64,000 nt of DNA. Origin: Eledone cirrhosa (Eukaryota). The stretch covers positions 39,990,001 to 40,054,000 of the forward strand of contig OZ024740.1 of the NCBI GenBank assembly GCA_964016885.1, given 5' to 3'. The notes beneath the pieces are model-generated. The model made no database searches and was not told where the DNA came from. It worked only from the letters and a program-made list of their open reading frames with translations. Shown in pieces: positions 8,538-23,700 of this stretch. The translations under genes were made by a program, and so were the position numbers. Numbering within the stretch: position 1 is the first letter of the stretch; the number at the start of each line of letters is the position of its first letter.

Positions 8538-10585
8538 ATAACATATAGTTACAGGTATGGCTGTGGTTAAGGACTTATCATAAAATATAGTTACAGGTAT
8601 GGCTGTTGTTAAGGAATTATCATAAAATATATGTACAGGTATGGCTGTGGTTAAGGACTCATCACAAAATATAGGTACAGATATAGCTGTGGTTAACGGC
8701 TTATCATAAAATATAGTTATAAGTATGGCTGTGGTTAAGGACTTATCATAAAATATAGTTACAGGTATGGTTGTGGTTAAGGGCTTATAAAATATAGTTA
8801 CAGATATGACTGTGGTTAAGGACTTATCATAAAATATAGTTACAGGTATGATTGTTGTTAAGGACTTATCATAAAATATAGTTAGAGGTATGACTGTGGT
8901 TAAGGACTTATCATAAAATATAGTTACAGGTATGACTGTGGTTAAGGACTTATCATAAAATATAGTTACAGGTATGATTGTTGTTAAGGACTTATCATAA
9001 AATATAGTTACAGGTATGACTGGTTAAGGACTCATCACAAAATATAGGTACAAATATGGCTGTGGTTAAGGGCTTATCATAAAATATAGTTATAAGTATT
9101 ACTGTGGTTAAGGACTTATCATAAAATATAGTTACAGGTATGGCTGCGGTTAAGGACTTATCATAAAATATAGTTACAGGTATTACTGTGGTTAAGGACT
9201 TATCATAAAATATAGTTACAGGTATTACTGTGGTTAAGGACTTATCATAAAATATAGTTACAGGTATGGCTGCGGTTAAGGGCTTATCATAAAATATAGT
9301 TACATGTATGGCTGTGGTTAAGGACTTATCATAAAATATAGTTACAGGTATGGCTGTGGTTAAGGGCTTATAAAATGTAGTTACAGGTATGACTGTGGTT
9401 AAGGACTCATCTCAAAATATAGGTACAGGTATGGCTGTGGTTAAGGACATATCACTAAATATATTTACAGGTATGGCTGTGGTTAAGGACTTATCATAAA
9501 ATATAGTTACAGGTATGGCTGTGGTTAAGGGCTTATAAAATGTAGTTACAGGTATGACTGTGGTTAAGGACTCATCTCAAAATATAGGTACAGGTATGGC
9601 TGTGGTTAAGGACTCATCTCAAAATATAGGTACAGGTATGGCTGTGGTTAAGGACTTATCATAAAATATAGGTACAGGTATTGCTTTGGTTAAGGACTTA
9701 TAATAAAATATAGTTACAGGTATGGCTGTGGTTAAGGGCTTATCATAAAATATAGTTACAGGTATGACTGTGGACAAGGACTTATCATAAAATATAGGTA
9801 CAGGTATGGCTGTGGTTAAGGACTTATCATAAAATATAGTTACAGGTATGGCTGTGGTTAAGGGCTTATAAAATATAGGTACAGGTATGACTGTGGTTAA
9901 GGACTTATCATAAAATATAGTTGCAGGTATGGCTGTGGTTAAGGACATATACAATATAGGTACAGGTATCGCTGTGGTTAAGGACTTATCATAAAATATA
10001 GTGACAGGTATGACTGTGGTTAAGGACTTATCATAACATATAGTTACAGGTATGGCTGTGGTTTAGGGCTTATCATAAAATATAGGTACAGGTATGGCTG
10101 TGGTTAAGGTCTTATAAAATATAGTTACAGGTATGACTGGTTAAGGACTCATCACAAAATATAGGTACAGATATGGCTGTGGTTAAGGGCTTATCATAAA
10201 ATATAGTTACAGGTATGGCTGTGGTTAAGGACTTATCATAAAATATAGTTACAGGTATTACTGTGGTTAAGGACTTATCATAAAATATAGTTACAGGTAT
10301 GACTGCGGTTAAGGGCTTATCATAAAATATAGTTACGTGTATGGCTGTGGTTAAGGACTTATCATAAAATATAGTTACAGGTATGGCTGTGGTTAAGGAC
10401 TTATCATAAAATATAGTTACAGGTATGGCTGTGGTTAAGGACTTATCATAAAATATATTTACAGGTATGACTGTGGTTAAGGACTCATCACAAAATATAG
10501 GTACAGGTATGACTATGGTTAAGGACATATCACTAAATATAGTTACAGGTATGGCTGTGGTTAAGGACTTATCATAAAATATAGT

Positions 10586-11046
10586 CCCCCGTCCCACCAC
10601 CCTCCACCCCACCCACACCGCCCCTTTCAATGTAAAGTTATGTTGGTCCCACAACATCCAGGCCGAAACAAATGAGATCGTGTAGGTGTCACGACAAAAA
10701 ACACACAGTCCACGCTGTAAATGTGGCCGTGTAGGCAACACGGTAAAAACCTCCCAGCCCCACACTGTAAATGTGGTTGGTGTTAGGAAGGGCATCCAGC
10801 TGTAGAAAACCCGCCAGACAGTCCACGCTGTAATGTGGCCGTGTAGGCAACACAGTAAAAACCTCCCAGCCCCACACTGTAAATGTGGTTGGTGTTAGGA
10901 AGGGCATCCAACTGTAGAAAACCCGCCAGACAGTCCTATGCGAGCAAGACAACCACTCTTGCCTCAAGTGGGAAAACCCCCGTCCAAACCCATGCAAGCG
11001 TGGAACACGGACGCTAAACCTGATGATGATGATGATGATGATGATG
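10586..11046 (+). mobile_element. 3'UTR fragment of RTE family C in the satellite, with an internal tandem duplication
   Basis: Matches about 59015-59357; the segment CAGTCCACGCTGTAA...GTAGAAAACCCGCCAGA occurs twice; ATAGT duplicated at 10581-10585 and 11047-11051. Confidence 0.92.
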
Positions 11047-12732
11047 ATAGTTACAGGTATGGCTGTGGTTAAGGGCTTATAAAATGTAGTTACAGGTATG
11101 TCTGGTTAAGGACTTATCTCAAAATATAGGTACAGGTATTGCTTTGGTTAAGGACTTATAATAAAATATAGTTACAGGTATGGCTGTGGTTAAGGGCTTA
11201 TAAAATGTAGTTACAGGTATGACTGGTTAAGGACTTATCTCAAAATATAGGTACAGGTATGGCTGTGGTTAAGGGCTTATCATAAAATATAGTTACAGGT
11301 ATGACTGTGGACAAGGACTTATCATAAAATATAGGTACAGGTATGGCTGTGGTTAAGGACTTATCATAAAATATGGTTACAGGTATGGCTGTGGTTAAGG
11401 GCTTATAAAATATAGTTACAGGTATGGCTGTGATTAAGGACTTATCATAAAATATAGGTACAGGTATGACTGTGGTTAAGGACTTATCATAAAATATAGT
11501 TACAGGTATGGCTGTGGTTAAGGACATATCATACAATATAGGTACAGGTATGGCTGTGGTTAAGGACTTATCATAAAATATAGTGACAGGTATGACTGTG
11601 GTTAAGGACTTATCATAACATGAGTGGGGAGACCCAAGATGACCTGGGATGAGGTGATAAAAGCCGACCTTACCCAATTACACCTCTCAAAGACAATGAC
11701 GCACGACCGTGACTTCTGGCCTCACGCAGTAATACAGAGTACCCGACCTCCCATGGGTACATGCTGAAGCATATAAACAATATGCTGCCACACCCCCCAC
11801 CGCAAGGTGGTCGTGGAGGTGCCACGGCAAAAAAGCACCCAGCCCACACTGTAAAGTCGACGTGTAGGCGCCACGAAAAGCACCCAGCACTCACTGTAAA
11901 TGAGGTTGGTGTTAGGAAGGGCATCCAGCTGTAGAAATCAAGCCAGATCAGTTCCTGTATGAGCAAGGCGTGGTCAGCCGACCAGACACTGCACACAACA
12001 GGACAACCCGTCTAACCCATGCTAGCGTGGAAGAACGGACGTTAAACGGTGATGATGATGATGATAACATATAGTTACAGGTATGGCTGTGGTTAAGGAC
12101 TTATCATAAAATATAGTTACAGGTATGGCTGTTGTTAAGGAATTATCATAAAATATATGTACAGGTATGGCTGTGGTTAAGGGCTTATCATAAAATATAG
12201 GTACAGGTATGGCTGTGGTTAAGGACTTATCATAAAATATAATGACAGGTATGACTGTGGTTAAGGACTTATAAAATATAGGTACAGGTATGGCTGTGGT
12301 TAAGGGCTTATAAAATATAGGTACAGGTATGGCTGTGGTTAAGGACTTATCATAAAAATAGTTACAGGTATGGCTGTGATTAAGGACTTATCATAAAATA
12401 TAGTTACAGCTATGGCTGTGGTTAAGGACTTATAAAATATAGGTACAGGTATGGCTGTGGTTAAGGACATATCATAAAAATAGTTACAGGTATGGCTGTG
12501 GTTAAGGGCTTATCATAAAATATAGGTACAGGTATGGCTGTGGTTAAGGGCTTATCATAAAATATAGGTACAGGTATGGCTGTGATTAAGGACTTATCAT
12601 AAAATATAGTTACAGGTATGGCTGTGGTTACGGATTTATCATAAAAGTAGTTACAGGTATGGCTATCATTAAGGACTTATCATAAAATATAGTTACAGGT
12701 ACGACTGTGGTTAAGGACTTATCATAAAATAT

Positions 12733-12939
12733 GTGGCCGTGTAGGCAACACGGTAAAAACCTCCCAGACCCACACTGTAAATGTGGTTGGTGTTAGGAAG
12801 GGCATCCAACTGTAGAAAACCTGCCAGACAGTCCTATGCGAGCAAAACAATCACTCTTGCCTCAAGTGGGAAAACCCCCGTCCAAACCCATGCAAGCGTG
12901 GAACACGGACGTTAAACGTTGATGATGATGATGATGATG
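12733..12939 (+). mobile_element. ~207-bp 3' fragment of RTE family C in the satellite (copy 1 of 3)
   Basis: GTGGCCGTGT...GGACGTTAAACGTT(GAT)n; the same junctions recur at 17793-18002 and 38327-38536. Confidence 0.92.
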
Positions 12940-15900
12940 ATAGTTACAGGTATGGCTGTGGTTAAGGGCTTATCATAAAATATAGTTACAGGTATGGCTA
13001 TGGTTAAGGACTTATCATAAAATATAGGTACAGGTATGACTGTGGTTAAGGACTTATCATAAAATATAGTTACAGGTATGACTGGTTAAGGACTCATCAC
13101 AAAATATAGGTACAGATATGGCTGTGGTTAAGGTCTTACTATAAAATATAGTTACAGGTATGGCTGTGGTTAAGGACTCATCACAAAATATAGTTACAGG
13201 TATGGCTGTGGTTAAGGACTTATCATAAAATATAGGTACATGTATGGCTGTGGTTAAGGACTTATCATAAAATATAGTTACAGGTATGGCTGTGGTTAAG
13301 GACTCATCTCAAAATATAGCTACAGGTATGGCTGTGGTTAAGGGCTTATCATAAAATATAGGTACACGTATGATTGTGGTTAAGGACTTATAAAATATAA
13401 TTACAGGTATGGCTATGGTTAAGGACTTATCATAAAATATAGTTACAGGTATGACTGGTTAAGGACTCATCACAAAATATAGTTACAGGTATGACCGTGG
13501 TTAAGGCCTTATCATAAAATATAGTTACAGGTATGACTGTGGTTAAGGACTTATCATAAAATATAGTTACACGTATGAGTGTGGTTAAGGACTTATCATA
13601 AAATATAGTTACAGGTATGACTGTGGTTAAGAACTCATCTCAAAATTTAGGTACAGGTATGGCTGCGGTTAAGGACTTATCATAAAAATAGTTACAGGTA
13701 TGGCTGTGATTAAGGACTTATCATAAAATATAGGTACAGGTATGGCTGTGGTTAAGGACTTATCATAAAATATAGGTACAGGTATGGCTGTGGTTAAGGA
13801 CTTATCATAAAATATAGGTACAGGTATGGCTGTGGTTAAGGACTTATCATAAAAATAGTTACAGGTATGGCTGTGATTAAGGACTTATCATAAAATATAG
13901 GTACAGGTATGGCTGTGGTTAAGGACTTATCATAAAATATAGGTACAGGTATGGCTGTGGTTAAGGACTTATCATAAAATATAGTTATAGGTATGGCTGT
14001 GGTTAAGGACAATTAAAATATAAGTACAGGTATGGCTGTGGTTAAGGGCTTATCATAAAATATAGTTACAGGTATGGCTGTGGTTAAGGGCTTATCATAA
14101 AATATAGTTACATGTATGGCTGTGGTTAAGGACTTATCATAAAATATAGGTACAGTTATGGCTGTGGTTAAGGACTTATAAAATATAGGTAAAGGTATGG
14201 CTGTGGTTAAGGGCTTATAAAATATAGTTACAGGTATGACTGTGGTTAAGGACTCATCACAAAATATAGGTACAGGTATGACTATGGTTAAGGACATATC
14301 ACTAAATATAGTTACAGGTATGGCTGTGGTTAAGGACTTATCATAAAATATAGTTACAGGTATGGCTGTGGTTAAGGACTTATCATAAAATATAGTTACA
14401 GGTATGGCTGTGGTTAAGGGCTTATCATAAAATATAGTTACAGGTATGACTGTGGACAAGGACTTATCATAAAATATAGTTACAGGTCTGGCTGTGGTTA
14501 ATGGCTTATCATAAAATATAGTTACAGGTATGGCTGTGGTTAAGGGCTTATAAAATATAGTTACAGGTATGGCTGTGATTAAGGACTTATCATAAAATAT
14601 AGGTACAGGTATGGCTGTGGTTAAGGACTTATCATAAAATATAGTGACAGGTATGACTGTGGTTAAGGACTTATCATAAAATATAGTGACAGGTATGACT
14701 GTGGTTAAGTACTTATCGTAAAATATAGTGACAGGTATGACTGTGGTTAAGGACTTATCATAACATATAGTGACAGGTATGACTGTGGTTAAGGACTTAT
14801 CATAAAATATAGGTACAGGTATGACTGTGGTTAAGGACTTATCATAAAATATAGGTACAGGTATGACTGTGGTTAAGGACTTATCATAAAATATAGTGAC
14901 AGGTATGACTGTGGTTAAGGACTTATCATAACATGAGTGGGGAGACCCAAGATGACCTGGGATGAGGTGATAAAAGCCGACCTTACCCAATTACACCTCT
15001 GAAAGATAATGACACACGACCGTGACTTCTGGCCTCACGCAGTAATACAGAGTACCCGACCTCCCATGGGTACATGCTGCAGCATATAAACAATATGCTG
15101 CCACACCCCCCGCCGCAAGGTGGTCGTGGAGGTGCCACGGCAAAAAAGCACCCAGCCCACACTGTAAAGTCGACGTGTAGGCGCCACGAAAAAGCACCCA
15201 GCACTCACTGTAAATGAGGTTGGTGTTAGGAAGGGCATCCAGCTGTAGAAATCAAGCCAGATCAGTTCCTGTATGAGCAAGGCGTGGTCAGCCGACCAGA
15301 CACTGCACACAACAGGACAACCCGTCTAACCCATGCTAGCGTGGAAGAACGGACGTAAAACGGTGATGATGATGATGATAACATATAGTTACAGGTATGG
15401 CTGTGGTTAAGGACTTATCATAAAATATAGTTACAGGTATGGCTGTTGTTAAGGACTTATCATAAAATATATGTACAGGTATGGCTGTGGTTAAGGACTC
15501 ATCACAAAATATAGGTACAGATATAGCTGTGGTTAAGGGCTTATCATAAAATATAGTTATAAGTATGGCTGTGGTTAAGGACTTATCATAAAATATAGTT
15601 ACAGGTATGGTTGTGGTTAAGGGCTTATAAAATATAGTTACAGATATGACTGTGGTTAAGGACTTATCATAAAATATAGGTACAGGTATGGCTGTGGTTA
15701 AGGACTTATCATAAAATATAGTTACAGGTATGGCTGTGGACAAGGACTTATCATAAAATATAGGTACAGGTATGGCTGTGGTTAAGGACTTATCATAAAA
15801 TATAGTTACAGGTATGATTGTTGTTAAGGACTTATCATAAAATATAGTTAGAGGTATGACTGTGGTTAAGGACTTATCATGAAATATAGTTACAGGTATG

Positions 15901-18900
15901 ACTGTGGTTAAGGACTTATCATAAAATATAGTTACAGGTATGACTGTGGTTAAGGACTTATCATAAAATATAGGTACAGGTATGGCTGTGGTTAAGGACT
16001 TATCATAAAATATATTTACAGGTATGGCTGTGGTTAAGGTTTTATAAAATATAGTTACAGGTATGGCTGTGGTTAAGGACTTATCATAAAATATAGTTAC
16101 AGGTATGGCTGTGGTTAAGGACTTATCATAAAATATAGTTACAGGTATGGCTGTGGTTAAGGACTTATCATAAAATATAGTTACAGGTATGGCTGTTGTT
16201 AAGGACTTATCATAAAATATAGTTACAGGTATGGCTGTGGTTAAGGACTTATCATAAAATATAGTTACAGGTATGGCTGCGGTTAAGGGCTTATCATAAA
16301 ATATATTTACAGGTATGACTGTGGTTAAGGACTCATCACAAAATATAGGTACAGGTATGACTATGGTTAAGGACATATCACTAAATATAGTTACAGGTAT
16401 GGCTGAGGTTAAGGACTTATCATAAAATATAGTTACAGGTATGGCTGTGGATAAGGACTTATCATAAAATATAGGTACAGGTATGGCTGTGGTTAAGGGC
16501 TTATAAAATGTAGTTACAGGTATGACTGGTTAAGGACTTATCTCAAAATATAGGTACAGGTATTGCTTTGGTTAAGGACTTATCATAAAATATAGTTACA
16601 TGTATGGCTGTGGTTAAGGACTTATCATAAAATATAGTTACAGGTATGGCTGTGGTTAAGGACTTATCATAAAATATAGTTACAGGTATGGCTGTGGTTA
16701 AGGACTTATCATAAAATATAGTTACAGGTATGGCTGTGGTTAAGGGCTTATCATAAAATATAGTTACAGGTATGACTGTGGACAAGGACTTATCATAAAA
16801 TATAGGTACAGGTATGGCTGTGGTTAAGGACTTATCATAAAATATAGTTACAGGTCTGGCTGTGGTTAATGGCTTATCATAAAATATGGTTACAGGTATG
16901 GCTGTGGTTAAGGGCTTATCATAAAATATGGTTACAGGTATGGCTGTGGTTAAGGGCTTATAAAATATAGTTACAGGTATGGCTGTGATTAAGGACTTAT
17001 CATAAAATATAGGTACAGGTATGACTGTGGTTAAGGACTTATCATAAAATATAGTTGCAGGTATGGCTGTGGTTAAGGGCTTATCATAAAATATAGGTAC
17101 AGGTATGGCTGTGGTTAAGGACTTATCATAAAATATAATGACAGGTATGACTGTGGTTAAGGACTTATAAAATATAGGTACAGGTATGGCTGTGGTTAAG
17201 GGCTTATAAAATATAGGTACAGGTATGGCTGTGGTTAAGGACTTATCATAAAAATAGTTACAGGTATGGCTGTGATTAAGGACTTATTATAAAATATAGT
17301 TACAGGTATGGCTGTGGTTAAGGACTTATAAAATATAGGTACAGGTATGGCTGTGGTTAAGGACATATCATAAAAATAGTTACAGGTATGGCTGTGATTA
17401 AGGACTTATTATAAAATATAGTTACAGGTATGGCTGTGGTTAAGGACTTATAAAATATAGGTACAGGTATGGCTGTGGTTAAGGACATATCATAAAAATA
17501 GTTACAGGTATGGCTGTGGTTAAGGGCTTATCATAAAATATAGGTACAGGTATGGCTGTGGTTAAGGGCTTATCATAAAATATAGGTACAGGTATGGCTG
17601 TGATTAAGGACTTATCATAAAATATAGTTACAGGTATGGCTGTGGTTACGGATTTATCATAAAAGTAGTTACAGGTATGGCTATCATTAAGGACTTATCA
17701 TAAAATATAGTTACAGGTACGACTGTGGTTAAGGACTCATCTCAAAATATAATTACAGGTATGACTGTGGTTAAGGACTTATCATAAAATATGTGGCCGT
17801 GTGGGCAACACGGTAAAAACCTCCCAGACCCACACTGTAAATGTGGTTGGTGTTAGGAAGGGCATCCAACTGTAGAAAACCCGCCAGACAGTCCTATGCG
17901 AGCAAAACAATCACTCTTGCCTCAAGTGGGAAAACCCCCGTCCAAACCCATGCAGGCGTGGTACACGGACGTTAAACGTTGATGATGATGATGATGATGA
18001 TGATAGTTACAGGTATGGCTATGGTTAAGGACTTATCATAAAATATATGTACAGGTATGACTGTGGTTAAGGACTTATCATAAAATATAGTTACAGGTAT
18101 GACTGTGGTTAAGGACTCATTACAAAATATAGGTACAGGTATGGCTGTGGTTAAGGACTTATCATAAAATATAGTTACAGGTATGGCTGTGGTTAAGGGT
18201 TTATCATAAAATATAGATAGAGGTATGACTGTGGTTAAGGACGTATCATAAAATATAGGTACAGGTATGACTGTGGTTAAGGACTTATCATAAAATATAG
18301 GTACATGTATGGCTGTGGTTAAGGACTCATCTCAAAATATAGTTACAGGTATGGCTGTGGTTAAGGGTTTATCATAAAATATAGTTACAGGTATGACCGT
18401 GGTTAAGGCCTTATCATAAAATATAGTTACAGGTATGACTGTGGTTAAGGACTTATCATAAAATATAGTTACACGTATGAGTGTGGTTAAGGACTTATCA
18501 TAAAATATAGTTACAGGTATGACTGTGGTTAAGAACTCATCTCAAAATTTAGGTACAGGTATGGCTGCGGTTAAGGGCTTATCATAAAATATAGGTACAG
18601 GTATGACTGTGGTTAAGGACTTATCATAAAAATAGTTACAGGTATGGATGTGATTAAGGACTTATCGTAAGATATAGTTACAGGTATGGCTGTGGTTAAG
18701 GACTTATCATAAAACATAGTTACAGGTATGACTGGTTAAGGACTCATCACAAAATATAGGTACAGATATGGCTGTGGTTAAGGTCTTACCATAAAATATA
18801 GTTACAGGTATGGCTGTGGTTAAGGACTCATCACAAAATATAGTTACAGGTATGGCTGTGGTTAAGGACTTATCATAAAATATAGTTACAGGTATGGCTG

Positions 18901-20796
18901 TGGTTAAGGGTTTATCATAAAATATAGATAGAGGTATGACTGTGGTTAAGGACGTATCATAAAATATAGGTACAGGTATGACTGTGGTTAAGGACTTATC
19001 ATAAAATATAGGTACATGTATGGCTGTGGTTAAGGACTTATCATAAAATATAGTTACAGGTATGGCTGTGGTTAAGGACTCATCTCAAAATATAGCTACA
19101 GGTATGGCTGTGGTTAAGGGCTTATCATAAAATATAGGTACAGGTATGATTGTGGTTAAGGACTTATCATAAAATATAATTACAGGTATGGCTATGGTTA
19201 AGGACTTATCATAAAATATAGTTACAGGTATGACTGGTTAAGGACTCATCACAAAATATAGTTACAGGTATGACCGTGGTTAAGGCCTTATCATAAAATA
19301 TAGTTACAGGTATGACTGTGGTTAAGGACTTATCATAAAATATAGTTACACGTATGAGTGTGGTTAAGGACTTATCATAAAATATAGTTACAGGTATGAC
19401 TGTGGTTAAGAACTCATCTCAAAATTTAGGTACAGGTATGGCTGCGGTTAAGGACTTATCATAAAAATAGTTACAGGTATGGCTGTGATTAAGGACTTAT
19501 CATAAAATATAGGTACAGGTATGGCTGTGGTTAAGGACTTATCATAAAATACAGGTACAGGTATGGCTGTGGTTAAGGACTTATCATAAAATATAGTTAC
19601 AGGTATGGCTGTGGTTAAGGACTTATCATAAAAATAGTTACAGGTATGGCTGTGATTAAGGACTTATCATAAAATATAGGTACAGGTATGGCTGTGGTTA
19701 AGGACTTATCATAAAATATAGGTACAGGTATGGCTGTGGTTAAGGACTTATCATAAAATATAGTTATAGGTATGGCTGTGGTTAAGGACAATTAAAATAT
19801 AAGTACAGGTATGGCTGTGGTTAAGGGCTTATCATAAAATATAGTTACAGGTATGGCTGTGGTTAAGGGCTTATCATAAAATATAGTTACATGTATGGCT
19901 GTGGTTAAGGACTTATCATAAAATATAGGTACAGTTATGGCTGTGGTTAAGGACTTATAAAATATAGGTAAAGGTATGGCTGTGGTTAAGGGCTTATAAA
20001 ATATAGTTACAGGTATGACTGTGGTTAAGGACTTATCATAAAAATAGTTACAGGTATGGCTGTGATTAAGGACTTATCATAAAATATAGTTACAGGTATG
20101 GCTGTGGTTAAGGACTTATCATAAAATATAGTTACAGGTATGGCTGTGGTTAAGGACTTATCATAAAATATATTTACAGGTATGACTGTGGTTAAGGACT
20201 CATCACAAAATATAGGTACAGGTATGACTATGGTTAAGGACATATCACTAAATATAGTTACAGGTATGGCTGTGGTTAAGGACTTATCATAAAATATAGT
20301 TACAGGTATGGCTGTGGTTAAGGACTTATCATAAAATATAGTTACAGGTATGGCTGTGGTTAAGGGCTTATCATAAAATATAGTTACAGGTATGACTGTG
20401 GACAAGGACTTATCATAAAATATAGTTACAGGTCTGGCTGTGGTTAATGGCTTATCATAAAATATAGTTACAGGTATGGCTGTGGTTAAGGGCTTATAAA
20501 ATATAGTTACAGGTATGGCTGTGATTAAGGACTTATCATAAAATATAGTTACAGGTATGATTGTTGTTAAGGACTTATCATAAAATATAGGTACAGGTAT
20601 GGCTGTGGTTAAGGACTTATCATAAAATATAGTGACAGGTATGACTGTGGTTAAGGACTTATCATAAAATATAGTGACAGGTATGACTGTGGTTAAGGAC
20701 TTATCATAAAATATAGGTACAGGTATGACTGTGGTTAAGGACTTATCATAAAATATAGTGACAGGTATGACTGTGGTTAAGGACTTATCATAACAT

Positions 20797-23700
20797 GAGT
20801 GGGGAGACCCAAGATGACCTGGGATGAGGTGATAAAAGCCGACCTTACCCAATTACACCTCTCAAAGACAATGACACACGACCGTGACTTCTGGCCTCAC
20901 GCAGTAATACAGAGTACCCGACCTCCCATGGGTACATGCTGAAGCATATAAACAATATGCTGCCACACCCCCCGCCGCAAGGTGGTCGTGGAGGTGCCAC
21001 GGCAAAAAAGCACCCAGCCCACACTGTAAAGTCGACGTGTAGGCGCCACGAAAAAGCACCCAGCACTCACTGTAAATGAGGTTGGTGTTAGGAAGGGCAT
21101 CCAGCTGTAGAAATCAAGCCAGATCAGTTCCTGTATGAGCAAGGCGTGGTCAGCCGACCAGACACTGCACACAACAGGACAACCCGTCTAACCCATGCTA
21201 GCGTGGAAGAACGGACGTAAAACGGTGATGATGATGATGATAACATATAGTTACAGGTATGGCTGTGGTTAAGGACTTATCATAAAATATAGGTACAGGT
21301 ATGGCTGTGGTTAAGGACTTATCATAAAATATAGGTACAGGTATGGCTGTGGTTAAAGACTTATCATAAAATATAGTTACAGGTATGGCTGTGGTTAAGG
21401 ACTTATCATAAAAATAGTTACAGGTATGGCTGTGATTAAGGACTTATCATAAAATATAGGTACAGGTATGGCTGTGGTTAAGGACTTATCATAAAATATA
21501 GGTACAGGTATGGCTGTGGTTAAGGACTTATCATAAAATATAGTTATAGGTATGGCTGTGGTTAAGGACAATTAAAATATAAGTACAGGTATGGCTGTGG
21601 TTAAGGGCTTATCATAAAATATAGTTACAGGTATGGCTGTGGTTAAGGGCTTATCATAAAATATAGTTACATGTATGGCTGTGGTTAAGGACTTATCATA
21701 AAATATAGGTACAGTTATGGCTGTGGTTAAGGACTTATAAAATATAGGTAAAGGTATGGCTGTGGTTAAGGGCTTATAAAATATAGTTACAGGTATGACT
21801 GTGGTTAAGGACTTATCATAAAAATAGTTACAGGTATGGCTGTGATTAAGGACTTATCATAAAATATAGTTACAGGTATGGCTGTGGTTAAGGACTTATC
21901 ATAAAATATAGTTACAGGTATGGCTGTGGTTAAGGACTTATCATAAAATATATTTACAGGTATGACTGTGGTTAAGGACTCATCACAAAATATAGGTACA
22001 GGTATGACTATGGTTAAGGACATATCACTAAATATAGTTACAGGTATGGCTGTGGTTAAGGACTTATCATAAAATATAGTTACAGGTATGGCTGTGGTTA
22101 AGGACTTATCATAAAATATAGTTACAGGTATGGCTGTGGTTAAGGGCTTATCATAAAATATAGTTACAGGTATGACTGTGGACAAGGACTTATCATAAAA
22201 TATAGTTACAGGTCTGGCTGTGGTTAATGGCTTATCATAAAATATAGTTACAGGTATGGCTGTGGTTAAGGGCTTATAAAATATAGTTACAGGTATGGCT
22301 GTGATTAAGGACTTATCATAAAATATAGTTACAGGTATGATTGTTGTTAAGGACTTATCATAAAATATAGGTACAGGTATGGCTGTGGTTAAGGACTTAT
22401 CATAAAATATAGTGACAGGTATGACTGTGGTTAAGGACTTATCATAAAATATAGTGACAGGTATGACTGTGGTTAAGGACTTATCATAAAATATAGGTAC
22501 AGGTATGGCTGTGGTTAAGGACTTATCATAAAATATAGTGACAGGTATGACTGTGGTTAAGGACTTATCATAAAATATAGTGACAGGTATGACTGTGGTT
22601 AAGGACTTATCATAAAATATAGGTACAGGTATGACTGTGGTTAAGGACTTATCATAAAATATAGTGACAGGTATGACTGTGGTTAAGGACTTATCATAAC
22701 ATGAGTGGGGAGACCCAAGATGACCTGGGATGAGGTGATAAAAGCCGACCTTACCCAATTACACCTCTCAAAGACAATGACACACGACCGTGACTTCTGG
22801 CCTCACGCAGTAATACAGAGTACCCGACCTCCCATGGGTACATGCTGAAGCATATAAACAATATGCTGCCACACCCCCCGCCGCAAGGTGGTCGTGGAGG
22901 TGCCACGGCAAAAAAGCACCCAGCCCACACTGTAAAGTCGACGTGTAGGCGCCACGAAAAAGCACCCAGCACTCACTGTAAATGAGGTTGGTGTTAGGAA
23001 GGGCATCCAGCTGTAGAAATCAAGCCAGATCAGTTCCTGTATGAGCAAGGCGTGGTCAGCCGACCAGACACTGCACACAACAGGACAACCCGTCTAACCC
23101 ATGCTAGCGTGGAAGAACGGACGTAAAACGGTGATGATGATGATGATAACATATAGTTACAGGTATGGCTGTGGTTAAGGACTTATCATAAAATATAGGT
23201 ACAGGTATGGCTGTGGTTAAGGACTTATCATAAAATATAGGTACAGGTATGGCTGTGGTTAAAGACTTATCATAAAATATAGTTACAGGTATGGCTGTGG
23301 TTAAGGACTTATCATAAAAATAGTTACAGGTATGGCTGTGATTAAGGACTTATCATAAAATATAGGTACAGGTATGGCTGTGGTTAAGGACTTATCATAA
23401 AATATAGGTACAGGTATGGCTGTGGTTAAGGACAATTAAAATATAAGTACAGGTATGGCTGTGGTTAAGGGCTTATCATAAAATATAGTTACAGGTATGG
23501 CTGTGGTTAAGGGCTTATCATAAAATATAGTTACATGTATGGCTGTGGTTAAGGACTTATCATAAAATATAGGTACAGTTATGGCTGTGGTTAAGGACTT
23601 ATAAAATATAGGTAAAGGTATGGCTGTGGTTAAGGGCTTATAAAATATAGTTACAGGTATGACTGTGGTTAAGGACTTATCATAAAAATAGTTACAGGTA

